Of a stretch of DNA of 64,000 bases, positions 63,406 through 64,000 are shown in pieces (positions within the stretch are counted from its first letter, which is position 1; every line of letters begins with the position of its first letter). Made by a program: the position numbers and the translations under genes. The notes below the pieces were generated by a model. The model was not told the origin of the DNA. It ran no database searches and worked only from the letters and a program-made list of their open reading frames with translations. Origin of the DNA: Rickettsiales bacterium (lineage in GTDB: Bacteria > Pseudomonadota > Alphaproteobacteria > Rickettsiales > UBA998); NCBI GenBank assembly GCA_028279475.1, contig JANQNR010000010.1:91692-155691 (forward strand), in the 5' to 3' direction.

Positions 63406-64000
63406 CGACCCGGCTACTCATCGCCCGGCATGGGAATACATTTGCACAGAGTGAAACGCCGCGCCGGGTCGGAAGGACTGACATACCACTGGTTGCCAGC
63501 GGTGAAGCGCAAGGAAAGGCATTGGGTCAACATATCCAGGAACAAGGATGGAAACCTATCATCGCATTTACGTCGGAATTGCAGCGTACCATCCGAATGG
63601 CGGAATTGGTGAAAGAAGTGATCGGTGCGGATTTTCCCTGTCACCGTCTTCCATTCCTCAACGAAATTGATTACGGAGTCGATGAAAATTGCACGGAAGC
63701 AGAGGTCATTGCTCGCATAGGAAAAGAAGCAATTACACGCTGGGATGCGGAGGCGATAGCGCCGGATGGATGGCATATTGACGTTGAAGCGATTCGTAAA
63801 AGTTGGCAAACCTTTGCCCAGGAAATAAACACACACTATGTAGGAAAAACGGTGTTGGTGGTAACCAGTAACGGCATTGCCCGTTTTGCGCCAGTTCTGA
63901 CGGGAGATGAAACCGCCTTTCGTCGTGACTATTCGTTAAAACTAGCTACAGGGGCATTGGGCGTGCTGGAATATCATTCGACAGAACAGCATTGGACATG
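63402..64000 (+). CDS. Histidine phosphatase (phosphoglycerate mutase-like) family protein, 3' end outside the window
   Basis: The GTG start overlaps the kdsB stop. It has the LLIARHGNT (RHG) motif, TSELQRT and VLVVTSNGIARF. The frame is open to nt 64000. The ORF is absent from the ORF track because it has no stop in the window. Confidence 0.75.
   Translation, partial: MTTRLLIARHGNTFAQSETPRRVGRTDIPLVASGEAQGKALGQHIQEQGWKPIIAFTSELQRTIRMAELVKEVIGADFPCHRLPFLNEIDYGVDENCTEAEVIARIGKEAITRWDAEAIAPDGWHIDVEAIRKSWQTFAQEINTHYVGKTVLVVTSNGIARFAPVLTGDETAFRRDYSLKLATGALGVLEYHSTEQHWT

Noticed and set aside
1-64000. Insertion sequences, integrases or rRNA operons
   Set aside because: No ORF in any frame shows DDE transposase, tyrosine or serine recombinase, or rRNA-like sequence. 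The repeats found are all non-coding.

Overview
This 64-kb chromosomal window reads like an alphaproteobacterium. Supporting markers are MipZ, homologues of gene-transfer-agent (GTA) genes g12 and g13, an AT-rich origin-like region beside hemE, and a Sinorhizobium-style che operon with a STAS/CheS-like first gene and a DxxxQ CheT/CheZ-like last gene. I can support about 60 protein genes, mostly housekeeping: ycgN-gshB-gshA-like, rsmE, proA, proC, phasin, sucB, LOG, mazG, pdxJ, ndk, rpoN, pyrC, rnhA, hpf-rapZ-EIIA(Man), pyrF, icd, hemC, rimM, prfB with its +1 frameshift, a GH13 glucosidase, a fused E1 alpha/beta dehydrogenase, murG-ftsW, serS, polA, hemH-hemE and kdsB. There are also 2 tRNAs (Asn-GTT and a CAT-anticodon tRNA). 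I saw no rRNA, no CRISPR array and no transposase. The most unusual locus lies at 32.1-34.3 kb between ndk and rpoN. It holds a stand-alone MuF-domain polymorphic toxin with a coupled 53-aa immunity-like ORF. Downstream is an orphan toxin-tip/immunity cassette preceded by a 53-nt homology arm. A third, tip-less homology remnant abuts ndk. Intact GTA g12/g13 homologues sit just beyond rpoN. Other points of interest are a proline-rich, pentapeptide-repeat, tail-anchored protein that looks like an effector, and a shared acidic-LF C-terminus on three che proteins. At least five families of dispersed palindromic repeats occur, two of them with compensatory stem changes and embedded TGcTATA extended -10-like motifs. 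A candidate oriC with a perfect DnaA box is also present. Canonical operons are notably fragmented. All calls come from reading the translations and sequence by eye, with no database searches.
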